Under the pieces are notes generated by a model. It saw only the letters and a program-made list of their open reading frames with translations. It searched no databases and was not told where the DNA came from. DNA of 64,000 bases from Octopus vulgaris (Eukaryota), in the NCBI GenBank assembly GCA_951406725.2, contig OX597815.1, positions 104,160,001-104,224,000 of the forward strand. The letters are read 5' to 3'. Numbering within the stretch: the stretch's first letter is position 1; the number at the start of each line of letters is the position of its first letter. The position numbers were made by a program, and so were the translations under genes. Positions 27,150 through 41,112 of the stretch are shown here, in pieces.

Positions 27150-27500
27150 ATTTGATCCTAAAGTGTGATGTCTCTTGTTGGCTTAAACCAAGTTCCTATA
27201 CGACTCTAATGTGATATACAGCAGAATCACACATATGTGATGTAATGGGAGAAAAAATTCAGTCAACTGAGAATATTTTCACAGCTTAAAAACAAATTTC
27301 CTTTGGGTTCTCCAAATGCTTAAATAAATGAGCAGAGGAAATGTCTTATGATATCACTTAATCAAAATATTTCAGAAATTAAGGCAAGGCTGCATAGGAG
27401 TAGATTTTGTTCTTATAGCCAACTGGTGAAAGCAATGAGTTTGCTTCGATATAGTCAGTTTTCTGCTGCGATGCATATTCACTTGCAGTTGGCTCAACTA
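27150..27500 (+). pseudogene. Highly decayed hAT (Buster/Charlie-like) transposase fragment
   Basis: Frame-hopping translation EMSYDI..Q.ISEIKA...QL.ES.E.AS.SQ...IH resembles the EMS.DI..Q....IK...FSLQLDESTDV region; by-eye match only. Confidence 0.35.
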
Positions 27501-27815
27501 AAATAGTTGTATTATTTCTGGAAGACAGGAGAAAGTATATCTAGATATAGTTCAGTATAAAGTAAATAACATAGAGCAGAGATTCACATACATAATACAA
27601 AGACTAGAATAAACTTCAATCGGCTAGGAATATCTTTACAATGTAATATACACAAAATGCGAAATCTCAACCACACATTTTTCTGCCTGTTATCATATAC
27701 CAACATAAATGTATATATGCTACATATATATGTTTTGCGTATGCGTGTATATGTGTTTGTGTACATATGTCATATATATGTGTATGTGTGTACATATGCC
27801 ATATCTATATTTATA

Positions 27816-27851
<36 letters not shown>

Positions 27852-28834
27852 TGTATGTATGTATGTATGTATGTATGTATGTATGTATGTGTGTGTGTGT
27901 ATTAAAGATAAATAGAGAAGACAGAATGTACCAACAAAAACTCTTTTATTACCATAATAATTGTCTCATCTTCAAGGTGAGTGTGGAATGATGCAATAAC
28001 ACCAGATGCAACGCACAATGTTTAGTAGACCCCTCAGGTGGGATAATATGGTTTTAAGCTTGGAGATATGCATTTCAGTTTAGCAATATTGCGAGATTTT
28101 AACAGTTAGACAGATGCACAGACAATACATACGTTTGAATCAATGCAAAGACAGACGGACGCGCACATTAATAAGTTGATTCGTGGGCGCATGCCTGTAT
28201 ACATTACATGTATGCCTGTCAGCCAATCACATACGCACACAGTTATACATATATATACAAACGTACTTACACACACGGATATATCCTTCGGGGCATAAAC
28301 ATTCATTTGCTTAAATACATATAGATATCATATCGACACTGTCATCATGGAGCATACACACACAGATACATTCATAGACACACACACACATACACACGCA
28401 ATATTCACATACCCCAACACACGTATCTTCACGTGCACTACTACACCAACATCATAAATCATATAAATCTAAATGTATTCTGATACCTACTGTGTCATAT
28501 TTTTGTAGGCAAGTATACATATATACTCATACAATGATATATATATACGTTTATACGTAGATATATGTATGTACATATTAGCACATACTAGATACTTCCA
28601 CTCAGTACATATATGCACATATAGGCATATAGAAATACGTCAACTCTGCATATATATGCACACACAGATTGAATACACTTACAAGATTATCCGCACGCAT
28701 ATGTAGGTACAGAACAATAAATGGTACATGGGTAAAGGGCCATACATTTGTCCATGGGTATATAGCAATTTATGGAAAGAAAGCATGGTGTCACTGATCA
28801 ATGTGGATTATGGTAGCTCGATGCTGTGTTTACA

Positions 28835-29052
28835 GGGTGGTGGTTTTTGAAGGTGCCTTTCATGGCGTGTAAACAATGTGTAACCCGTTCCGTTAATTTA
28901 TTAAGGACCTTTTCACTAATAAGTAAAATTGATAGGGATTTCTTAGAGCACAGTTCACAACTCCTAGAATGTGTGTTATAGGGTTTTGCGTATTTTATAA
29001 TTGACCATGATATCTCATATTTAATATTGTCGGTTTTCAGTTGCCGAATAGC
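28835..29052 (-). pseudogene. Penelope-like element GIY-YIG endonuclease C-terminal relic
   Basis: Minus translation IRQLKTDNIKYEISWSIIKYAKPYNTHSRSCELCSKKSLSILLISEKVLNKLTERVTHCLH matches the Penelope pattern LK..NI.Y.I.W.II..AKPY....C.LC...LNK..E...C.H. Confidence 0.75.
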
Positions 29053-29455
29053 TTACTTTATGGCAACAACCAGTGAATATGACTTTTTAGGTGATTTATG
29101 AAGTGGAAATGAGATACAACAACAAGAAAAAGAAATAATAGAGTATAGTTAGTGGGGTGGAGGAAAAGGAAGTTTAATTAAGACTAGGGACAAGATCAAG
29201 AAATATTCAATAAAAGCAAATTTGAAACAAAGTAAAACATTTTTGATGAGATAAAATATGACAAAAACAAACAGGATTTGATAATGTAACAAGTGCGGCT
29301 CGGAAAGAAAATGACAACAATTTGTTTAGATGCAGGGGCGATGTCATAAAGCAGATAACGGTGAGTGAAAAGACAGAGACCGATATTCAAGTAGAGAAGG
29401 TAAGAGAAGAGAGAAAGAGAATGGGAGTGTCTTTCTCTCTCTCACAACACATCCA

Positions 29456-29507
<52 letters not shown>

Positions 29508-29929
29508 CATTGTATATTTTATTTGCAGTTACCGTTTGTAATTACATAGGTGTATATGTGCTTATGAAGTTGTTTTTCTTCCTCTTTCTCTCCCTATATG
29601 CATATGTGCTTCATTCATCCTTCCAGAATCAATAATATAACCACCCAAAGTGTAGTATCACCCCTGCTTATTCAGGTGCTAGGTCCATAGGTAAACATAA
29701 GAAATAAAAATAAATCACTGTAATCTAAATGAAATAGCAAGGTCAATATTTAATTTATATTAACCGCTTAGATCAAAATATTTCTCGCAGCTGTAAAAAA
29801 TAATGCGATTAGAACATCAGTCGGATTAATAGAATAAATTCTTTTGATCATAGAAAATATGTTTTAACTTTTGGGTTGGGTTATAAATTAATTAATAGAG
29901 AGTAGATAGTAAGTATAACAATTTTCATG

Positions 29930-30210
29930 CCCTCTCGTCACTTGAGCCCTGTAGTTAGTAAAGCGTGGGGGCAGGGAGTCTATATCTAGGGAGAAGACTT
30001 GAGAAAGTCTTTATGGATTTGGGAGAGGAGACACGGTGGAGATGACTGAAAAAGAATAGATTAGTTGGTCTTGATAGCATGTCCAGACAAGCAGAGATCA
30101 TTATAACGACGGCAATAGATGAAACAGGGAATTTGTAAGGAGTTGATTGAAATCGTTGATACTGAATGATTGCTAGTCAGTTGAATGCTGTGTGAAATTA
30201 GATTCACACG
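29930..30210 (-). pseudogene. Very decayed CR1/L2-like ORF2 C-terminal relic
   Basis: Minus translation ...IYCRRYNDLCLS... resembles LFYRYYNGLCSS; weak. Confidence 0.3.
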
Positions 30211-30589
30211 AAATAGCTACCCCTCGAGAACAGACCCTAAGTATGACCAATGCTAATGCACGAAACTAATTTTACGAATATTTCTAGTTCCATTTTTCCT
30301 TTTTACCTATATAGTTTCAATAAAGAAATATTGATTTCCAACATTGGCACAAAGCCACACATTTAAATGAAAGCAACTTTATTTTATTGACCCCGAAAAG
30401 ATGGAAGCTGAAGGCGATCTCCACTGAAGTTGAACTCTGAATGTAAAGTGAATTATTTTTATATTTACTAAAAGTATTTTGTTCGATGCTCTAACGATTC
30501 TGCCTTTCTGCTGTCCTCTCTATAACGAAGTATTATAAAATAATTAGCGCTTTATCTCTCAAGTAATGACCTTCCCACTTAGCGTAGTT

Positions 30590-31465
30590 TTATTCTTTTA
30601 TAAGATATAAGTTACTATTTATAAGGTACATCTAATTCTATTACAAAATATGCATCATTATATTGTAAGATCCATATTACTATATTTGCAGGATATATGT
30701 TATATAATATATAAGGCGGCGAGCTGGCAGAAACGTTAGCACGCCGGGCGAAATGCTTAGCGATATTTCGTCTGTCTTTACGTTGTGAGTTCAAATTCCA
30801 TCGAGGTCAATTTTTCCTTTCATACTTTCAAGATCAATAAATTGATTACTAGTTGCGTACTGGGGTCGATCAAATCGACTGGCCCCCTCCCTAAAAATTT
30901 CGGGCCTTAAGCCTGGAGTAGAAAAGATTATATGTTTCTATGTTTTAGGATATATGCTATTTTATTGTGTGTGTGTGTGTGTGTGTGCGTGTGTGTGTTT
31001 GTTAATTATATCATAAAATGTGTTATTATATTTTAAGATATAAGTTGTTCTTTATGATACGTTGTATGTTATAATATTGTAGAGCATAAGTTATTGTATA
31101 TAACCTTTATCTAACTGTATTTAAATGTAAGTTGCTACGTGGTATGATATATTTTGTTGTATATGTTAATAAATGTAAAATGCATGTTAATATGTCTAAA
31201 GTATATGTTGTTACACTGTAAGATATGTCAATAAATGTAAAATATATATGCAAGGCATATGTCACTGTTTTAGAAGATATATATTAGTTTCGTGGTAGCG
31301 TGACTAATGAAGGTTATTCGAGTTGTGGTTATTGTTAACTGAAAACTAAAAGATATATAAATTGTAATATTGTAAGATATGTTTTACTAAATGTAAGCTA
31401 ATTGTTAACATATGTTAATACGATGTAACATATGTGCTTTATATCTGATATGTATAGTGATATAT
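30590..31465. repeat. Degenerate AT-rich minisatellite (unit about 21-24 bp, ttgtaagatatatgttattata-like), interrupted by a SINE
   Basis: Recurring tgtaagatat/taagatataagtt/gtatatgtt motifs on both sides of the SINE at 30715. Confidence 0.6.
30715..30928 (+). mobile_element. tRNA-derived SINE (Meta-like core)
   Basis: ggcggcgagctggcagaaacgttagcacgccgggcgaaatgcttagcg...gagttcaaattcc...ggggtcgatcaaatcgactggcccc. Confidence 0.88.
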
Positions 31466-31469
31466 AAAG

Positions 31470-31686
31470 TAACGAGCAGGCAGAATCGTTGCCATGCCGG
31501 GCGAAATGCTTAGCGGCAAAAAGAGTAAAGAATCCTTTACGTTCTGAGATCAAATGCCGCCAACGTCGACTTTTCCTTTCATCCTTTCAGGGTCGATAAA
31601 ATAAGTACTAGTTGAGTACTGGGGTCGATGTAGTTGACTTACCCCCTCCCACGAAATTGCTGGCCTTATACCAAAATTTGAAACCA
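31470..31686 (+). mobile_element. tRNA-derived SINE (Meta-like core)
   Basis: ggcagaatcgttgccatgccgggcgaaatgcttagcggc...cctttcatcctttcagggtcgataaaataagtac...ccaaaatttgaaacc. Confidence 0.85.
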
Positions 31687-33115
31687 ACAAGTATAGGGAT
31701 ATATGTAAGTTCATGTTATTATGTTGCCTCGATGTTCTGAATTCACATCCTTTAGTGGTCTCCAGTGTTGTCATTGTTTAGTTCACGGTCATCCCTCGTC
31801 GAGTAAGCATATAATCGAAGTTTTGATCGTGACAGTCCACTGGATGCTTTCAGATAGTCCAGTAGACTGTTTTCAGTTTATTTTAAACCACATTGAGGTT
31901 TCTACATTATTTCAGCCATGGGCGTTGATAAAGTAGCTACCGTATGATACTCAGCTGGATTTGGTTGATGAGACTTGCACTTCATTTCACCTCTACAAAG
32001 CGAGGATTGAACAGCAAACAGTTTATTTCCATAAAGATATTAAAAGTCTCAAGTCAAATGATAGAAAGTAGTACATTTAAAAACATGAATTGATAATATG
32101 GACAAACAATTATTTTGAAATTCCTCAACCTGTCAAGGTATTCCGAATGAACAAAAGCATGAAAACTTCAGAATACGCATTTCTTTTTCAGCAGCAACTC
32201 TTTCGGGAATAGTGCCAATGTATTAGTCTTTCATGGTTGTAATACCGAGAAAATACACCAAATTACAGAGGTTGCTGGCTATAGAATAAATCTCACTATG
32301 TGAAAGTAGTGATTATTCAACGGTTACCTTTATTATTCTCCCATTCATGTATACTATAGAGCTTAGCCTAGATTCTTATTAGGTACATACATGCATATAA
32401 AGACCAATGACCACTTTTCTAATTAGTTCGATATAGCTCGTTAACATTTCAATACCTATTAATTGCTTGATTTCAATCTATTAAAGCACGCGTTTATAGT
32501 CCAATAACTGCGACCAGCTTCACAAAGCTATATAAATTTCTCAAACAGACATGATTCTACAAATGCTTTCAACAGAGAATATCTATTAAATTGTGGTGAT
32601 ATTCGTTCATTTTTCGATGGCTTTAATTAAAATGTTGAAATAAGGTTGCAGAATACTGTTTTACTAAAAATTTGCCGACACTCTGCAGTGTGAAGCACAG
32701 AGAAACTTCGTAACTGCCAGCAAGGACACAGCCAACTAGCTGTAACCAGTAAACGATTAAAATTTATAAGAATCACAAGGTCAGATTTTCAGAAAAGATT
32801 AATGCAGTGTTGTAAGTTCCAAATTTGTCAAGTCACTTGGTAACAAAGATGTGAAAACTGTTTTTATATGAGTATAGAAATGCTTCACCACACAGACAGA
32901 CTTGCAAAACAGAATTGATGCAAAAGTTGAATTTTTTATGATATACATAAGAATTAAGTGGGTGTTATATAGATAGATAGAATGATAGATAGATAGATAG
33001 ATAGATAGATACATACATACATACATACATACATACATACATACATACATACATACATACATACACATACATACATACATACATACATACATACATACAT
33101 ACATACATACATACA

Positions 33116-33144
<29 letters not shown>

Positions 33145-33146
<2 letters not shown>

Positions 33147-33345
33147 TCTTTTCCTTGTTTCAGTCATTTGATTGAGGTCATGCTGGAGCACCGCCTTTTG
33201 TCGAATAAATCTACCCCCAGAACTTATTCGTTGTAAGCCTAGTTCTTATTCTGTCGGTCTCTTCTGCCGAACCATTAAGTTATGGGGACATAAACATACC
33301 AAGATTGGTTGTCAAGCGATGGAGGGAGACACGCACAGACACGCA
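33145..33345 (-). mobile_element. SINE 3' half
   Basis: cttgtttcagtcatttgattgaggtcatgctggagcaccgcc...aagttatggggacataaacataccaagattggttgtcaagcgatgg; reverse complement of the 5630-5741 tail. Confidence 0.75.
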
Positions 33346-34082
33346 TAAACATATACATACATATAAATATATATAATATATATAGGCATATATACATATA
33401 TGTGCATACCTCATATATATGTATATACATGAATATATGGATACAGGACGTCAAAAAAGTGAGCAAATGAAAAACGAGGGCATAAAAAACAACAAAAACA
33501 TGGAAAACGAAATTTTTTTCGGACAACGAAAGAAACAAATAAAGAAATGAGACAGGCAACCTAAAGAACAACCCCTTCATCAGTTATCCCCTGTTTTATC
33601 TACTCCGCGGGTCGAAGGTTAGGACAAGACATGACTTCGTTAAAACAATCCTTCCCGCAAAGCAAATTAAATAAAATTTAGGATTTTTGCGGAGGGTTAG
33701 AGTGGTAACAAAAACAGGAGAGTAGGAACAAAACAGTAAAAACAAATGGTGGGGGCTGTTAAGCTATAACGAGGTGAAGTGGTGAACGCTGGAGAAAGCA
33801 GCTGTGGCAAGAGGCAGGCAAAAGTAGATCTTATCTCTAGTAAATCAAGGAGAAAAAAGAACGATAGCCGCTGGTCACGTGTGAGCAACGAGAGAGTCAA
33901 GGAGGAAGAGTGGGGGAGAAAGAGGGAGAGAAAGAGAACAGTGAAGGGGAGGAGAGGAAAAACAGAAAGAAAGAAGAATAAGTGAAGGGAGTATAGAGAG
34001 TGTAGAGTACGCGTCTGAATTATTAAGATAAAACTTACTTGGTAATGAATGCGTGGCGTTCGATCATATAATAATATGAATA

Positions 34083-34114
<32 letters not shown>

Positions 34115-34174
34115 ATATATGCATATATATATGTACATACCTATATCTATATATATGTATATATATATATACAT

Positions 34175-34207
<33 letters not shown>

Positions 34208-34231
34208 TATATATACATATATATATATACA

Positions 34232-34553
34232 TGGCTCAGTGGTAAGAGCGTCGAGCTTACGATCCTCAGGTTGTGAGTTCGAATCCCAGACCGACTGGGC
34301 TGCGTGTTGTGTTCTTGAGCAAGACACTTTATTTCACGTTGCTCCAGTGCACTCAGCTCTAGAAATGAGTTGCGGCGTCACAGGTTCCAAGTTGTATCGG
34401 CTTTTGCCTTTCCCTTAGATAACACTGGTGGCGTGGAGTGGGGAGGCCGCTAAGAATGCTGGTCTTCCATAAACAACCTTGCCCGGACTTGTGCCTGGGA
34501 GGGTAACTTTCTAGATGCAATCCCATGGTCAGTCGTGACCGAAGGGAATCTCA
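34232..34553 (+). mobile_element. tRNA-derived SINE (gtgttcttgagcaagacact family)
   Basis: A box ggctcagtggtaagagcg, B box gagttcgaatccc, then gttcttgagcaagacactttatttcacgttgctccag. Confidence 0.88.
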
Positions 34554-34582
34554 GCATATATATACATACACACACACGCACA

Positions 34583-34613
<31 letters not shown>

Positions 34614-34669
34614 TCATATATATATATATGTTCATATATATATATGTTATATTTATATTCATATATATA

Positions 34670-34726
<57 letters not shown>

Positions 34727-35076
34727 TTATATATTTATATAGTTCAGTTAATGTTTAGTTCATTTCAAAATTTCAGAATATCTAACAGTTTACTGCTAAA
34801 ACGAAATACTAAAATTATTGTTCCCATACTTAATAGGTAAAGTAATGTTAACGAAAGTAGGAAATAAGTGGTAATATATTTCAGAGTAATGTTAGCGCTA
34901 ATATATTTAATAGGTTAGTAGTAAAATATTCAATCACTGATTTAGTATTAATGTACTTAATAAAATAATGTTGATATATACATAAAAGTTAAAATTTTTA
35001 TATTTCATTAGGAAGTTAGTGTCACTATACATACATATGCACACACACTTATTTATAGTATGTAATGTATGTGTGT

Positions 35077-36220
<1,144 letters not shown>

Positions 36221-36513
36221 AATAATTATTAGCAGCAGAAGCAATATTAATACCAACAGATATTTATTCTCACTAAAAACTGGAAATTGAGTAAGAACAC
36301 AGAATACTGCGATAATTGCCATGAGAGAACCTCTCATGTGGATTTCTAGGTCATAATTGCACTCTTGTTTACATCCCTAGTAGGGGATACACAAAAAAAA
36401 CTCAATTTCCGCCGCCACGACTGCTAGACCACATGATTTTGGCCTTACCTGGCCTTGCCAACGGTAAACGTCCGACCGCGGCAAATAACAGCGATATCTC
36501 CGCTAGCGATATA

Positions 36514-36879
36514 GACTTGCGTCAGAAATTAATTAGCACTTCTCAAATTTCTACATTAAATAGGTTAAATCAATTAACCTATGAGCTGTTCAAAACGTCT
36601 TACGCGATGAGAAAACTTAGTATGGTGTGATTTCGGTCCTTGCGAGGCGCTACCTATATCTATTAAACAAAGGAAGATTTGTCTGCATCCACACTCCAAG
36701 TTGTTGTTGCACTGCTATGTCAACATCATAAGGCTGTAGACTGTCAAACTGCTCTGCAAACAAAGTTACGTCATCGTTCTGCGCAACAAAGCAATAGTTC
36801 GAGATATGGCCACTAGGTGACAGCACATACCTTGAGTGAAGAGCAAATCAAGGGTGCTAATTAATTTCTGACGGTAGTG
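36514..36879. mobile_element. Tc1/mariner-type MITE
   Basis: TIR cores gtcagaaattaattagcac (36521) / gtgctaattaatttctgac (36854); right end ...ggtagtg|TA; TA on both sides; no ORF. Confidence 0.75.
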
Positions 36880-37600
36880 TATATGGAATCCCAGTGCTCT
36901 ATGAGGCACTGGTGTCACGACTAGCCAATGGGATAATTAAAAAAAAAACTTATTATTAGCGACTGAAGCAAGGTTAATACCAAAAGATAATATTTAACCC
37001 ATTTAAAGTGGATGTTGTGTTAGAACACGGAATAATTTTCACTCTTTAATAGTCTTATTTCTTCCTGTTGAGTCCTCGTTAGTTGAGAGCAAGGAATCCG
37101 TCGACACGTGTTTCGTATTTTGTTATACTCCCACATTCGTATTTTGTTAAACTCCCACATTTCTAAATAACAAATATTGCCAAGAATAAATCTTCATACG
37201 AGAAATGTAAACAAACATGAATTAATTATCTAATTAATCAATTATCAGTGCATTACGCAGCAGTTTTACTTTATCTTCGAAATTAATTTCAAAAACACTG
37301 TATAGTGCGATAGGAATTGATTAACTAATTCGTTTTGTCAATGGTTGCACAGTAACAAAAATTAAAGAGATCAACTTAGTTATCTCAGATGTTGCATACA
37401 TTATAAATAGCTAAAAGCTACAATTCTCTCTGAGAACAAGAAATGGGTACACGTTCTTAACAGAATTTGCATCTAATCAGGTCGATTCTTTCATCCGTTT
37501 ATAGAGAGATAAGACTATGGTGTGACTTCTATGTTTACTTTTCACAGCTCAGCTAAATTGTCTTTTATTAAAGATTTACAATTTTAATTACCTAAACAGT

Positions 37601-37665
<65 letters not shown>

Positions 37666-37751
37666 ATCTGTGTGTATATATATAAATATAAATATATATA
37701 CATATATATGTGTATGTGTATGTGTATATATATATATATATATATGTATGC

Positions 37752-37791
<40 letters not shown>

Positions 37792-37859
37792 CTGTTGTCT
37801 CCTGTGGTCTCCCCTCACAAAACAAACATTACAAGAGTTGAGTTACCCTAGGGAGCACT

Positions 37860-38380
37860 CACTAAATAATTAAAGATGTGACTGGTCTTCATTATTGCAA
37901 CTGCTTTAAAACATTGAAACCGTATTCTCTTCAGCGCTGCCGTGAGCGCTACATGATTAAAACAATGTGGAGAATATACCACTAGCATCACCCAAAAGAC
38001 CTTAATATTATATTCAGAATTCCTTCAAGGCTGGGGCAACGTGCCATACTCCCTCTACACAATTCAGGATCACACAACATAAATTCACTGCAACACAATT
38101 AGTTTTCATCACCGGGCCCTGCTTTATTTAACAATATCCCTAAACAAATCAAAGAAGAAAAAGATCCCATCACCTTTAAAGGAAACCTGGACAAATTTCT
38201 TCAACTGATTCCATATAAGCCTTCTATATCTGGATGTATCTCAGTCAACAACATTTCCCTACTTGAATTGATCATGATACCACAACAAAATAACTTTAAA
38301 GGCCCTGTCAGGCGGTGCTATTAAGTTAGACATGGCTTGGGCCAATCTTTGACTGAATCACATCTAAGTTATATAAGTTG
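37860..38380 (+). pseudogene. CR1-like LINE 3' relic (ORF2 C-terminus with stops)
   Basis: KTLKPYSLQRCRERYMIKTMWRI...FSSPGPALFNNIPKQIKEEKDPITFKGNLDKFLQLIPYKP. Confidence 0.8.
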
Positions 38381-39299
38381 TTTAGCACGTTCAAATTTAT
38401 TCAGATGTGACAAGACATTTAACTACGGAGATAATCTCGGGAAAAAATTTTCTACCTACACATGTGTTAAAACATGACGGCCTAATCACACCTGAGACGT
38501 ACTACATATAACTTCATGCTGTTTCGTGCAACATTATTTATTCAATTCCAGCTCGACCGAGCTTTCCACAAATCACCAAACGTTATATACGCTTGAATTA
38601 ATAAGAATGATTTTGTTTCTAACAGGATGTGAGAGACTGATCTGATTTTCGTAGTTGGCGAAGCGAACGACGTAGAAAAGCATGCATCACACAGTCCAAT
38701 GACATCATCCCCAATCCATGACAAATGTAGTTTAACACATACCTTAGTGGAGAATTTTGTCTTTCTTCGCAGCTAAAGGCCTCATCCCGTTCGAATACAT
38801 TGGAACGTATTCAATATGTTAACACTATACACACCCACACATACACGCACTCGCACATACGTGTATATATACGCACGCGCCGAGTGTGTGTAAGTGTAGA
38901 ACAGAAATCCAAAATCATCACTAAATAATGCATGAAGAAAAATATCAGTTGCGTAAAACAGAGAAGATTCAATATAAAAAAAAAAAAGACGTTGAAAAAC
39001 TAATAGTTGTAATAAAGTGATAGTATAGTGAGAGTAGTATGGGGTTGTATGCTCTGCTCTGAAGATAGAGCTGTTTTATATTGTCTGAATGGGTCAAATC
39101 AGTCTTTCTCTGTGATGATTTCAAGCAAACACTGCCAGTCATTCTAAAGAATATACCCGTTGATGAGTTGAGAGAATGACTCAAAGACTCCTGCACTTGA
39201 ACACGAATGGGGAAATCATCATCCTTCTACCAACATGAGAACTAGACTTTATAAAATATTTCAGCAACCCTGCTTGGAAAAGTTTTATTTCATTTGTGC

Positions 39300-40204
39300 A
39301 ATGATCAGCTATCACACGAGAAAAAGTTGGGAAACAATAAATCAGCACTTCGCAAGAAATGCTACTGAATATTTTATCCCTAGCCTATTACAGAAATATA
39401 GAAATTACAACTGACTTTGTAAACGTGCCGTACTTGCTCCCAAAAATATCATTTCACATGAATCCCTCTATCATTAAACAAATACCAACCTAATCAAATC
39501 TATACAAACCAGTTCACACTGTAGTTAACGTTATCGATGCTGTCAACTATCAAACAGTTCCTCAGTTCTTTTCTTCCCCAGTCTAGTGTCCTTCTTTACA
39601 ACACGTAACACAAAATGAGAGTACTTATTAGGTTGCTACGAAATTTGGATGCAGCAAAACTCTATAACATTACAAGAGTAGCTGTCAAAATTCTTATCTC
39701 CCATGTAGTGGAAACCACTGTATGGCTGGTTTTGCTAAGGAAGATATTTTAATTCTATACATTTCCATCATTCAAACATATATATATTCATCAAATATAT
39801 AATTTCTCTTCAAGCGACTTTAGTTCCCAATCAAACTCTCTTTTTATATGACCATCAACAATTCTCAGAAACAATGCCTTGGGGTTACTAGAATTGAGCC
39901 TTTTCATTAGAGCACCAAATCGCAGGGGAAGAAATATTATATTCACCAAATCTCTTACTGTCTTATGTGTTGCATATTAATTTAGTATTACAAGAAACGT
40001 AAAGGGAATATTTAAAATTCTTAATAAACACAATCTCAAAAGATTTGCACATCAGAGAAACTAAGAGAAATTCAACTTTAGACATATGCTTTACAATAAA
40101 AGAAATAGATGCAAAACAAAACATAAAAACATGGCTATAAGGTAAGTTTTAAAAAAAAGTTTCTCCACAATCGACATCCGGGCAATGCCAGATAACTCTT
40201 CTAG
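39300..40204 (+). mobile_element. Helitron 3' relic: PIF1-like helicase fragments plus 3' terminus
   Basis: LCKRAVLAPKN (about 39415), IRLLRNLDAAKLYNITRVAVKILISHVVE (about 39630), FKRL*FPIKLSFYMTINNSQKQCL (about 39810). Terminal ccgggcaatgccagataactcttCTAG|T at 40178-40205. Confidence 0.82.
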
Positions 40205-40759
40205 TATATAATTCAGTCCCCTAATTATAGAGTATATCATCTTGACATAAAGGGTATAGGTATGTAAATTTGCCATCACCAGTATATGACCTCATTAAAC
40301 CAAGTAACTATTTCCTTCATGCCCATTAACTATGACTGGCTGTACAACGTAATTGTCAGGTGAGTTGGAATCTGATAGCAACATTCTACCCTGATGGACG
40401 TCTAGTAAACATTCTAAGTGTTGTTTCCAGATTAAATAGGACAATAAATTCTGATTTTCGACTGTTTATCATAGGCACGGACGCAGTGAATAATGTATTG
40501 CTGGATATACTACGCCAGAAAAATGGGAGAATTTTTAGAGATGGAATGATTTTGAAGATAGGTCTGACGAACAAAGGTTGACGTGAAGCTAAATCAAAAA
40601 ACAACAATAAAAAACAACCACGCTAATTTGAATTAGAACTGCCAGAGATGAAGTAAAGAGTAAAGACAATATCTGAGAAGGTAATCTCCGGTTCTCTTCC
40701 AATCATCTTTCTCATGTGTTTACGTGAAACTGTATCACCTGAGAATAGCTACTCCTGAG

Positions 40760-41112
40760 AATAACATACTCCTATAACCCAGACACTACAAAAATTATAT
40801 TCCAGTAACCTAGCAACAACAAACAACATATTCCTATACATCAGAAACTGTAAACAATATATTCCTAAAATTGTTGGATTACAACCAGCATACTCCTATA
40901 ATTCAGTGAACCCAAGCAACTATATTCCTGCAATCCAGAAATTGCAAACATATTATAATCCAGCGACTATAAAGGATATATCTGTGTAATAAATTGACAA
41001 CCAGCAACATATTGCTATAAATTTGGATTTCCAAGAGACATACTTCGATAATCCAATGACTAAAAACAACGTATTCTCGTTATTCAGTTATTTCCAACAT
41101 ATTTCTATAATC
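40760..41112. repeat. Degenerate minisatellite, unit about 31 bp (aacatattcctataatccagtgactacaaac-like), about 11 copies
   Basis: Units start near 40763, 40794, 40825, 40856, 40887, 40918 and onward. Confidence 0.75.

Noticed and set aside
27960-27985. Strong splice-donor-like AAG|GTGAGT (also CAG|GTGAGT near 40357)
   Set aside because: No matching acceptor or recognisable coding exon; host micro-exons cannot be excluded without RNA-seq.
33560-33625. CTGATGA on the minus strand within a repeat-like segment (33440-34080)
   Set aside because: No correctly placed GAAA or stems visible; the segment could not be classified.
34232-34295. tRNA-like sequence with A and B boxes
   Set aside because: No closing acceptor stem; it continues into a SINE body, so it is a SINE head.
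40760-41112. CRISPR-like repeat-spacer appearance
   Set aside because: Repeats are degenerate, the 'spacers' are related to each other, there are no cas genes and the context is eukaryotic.
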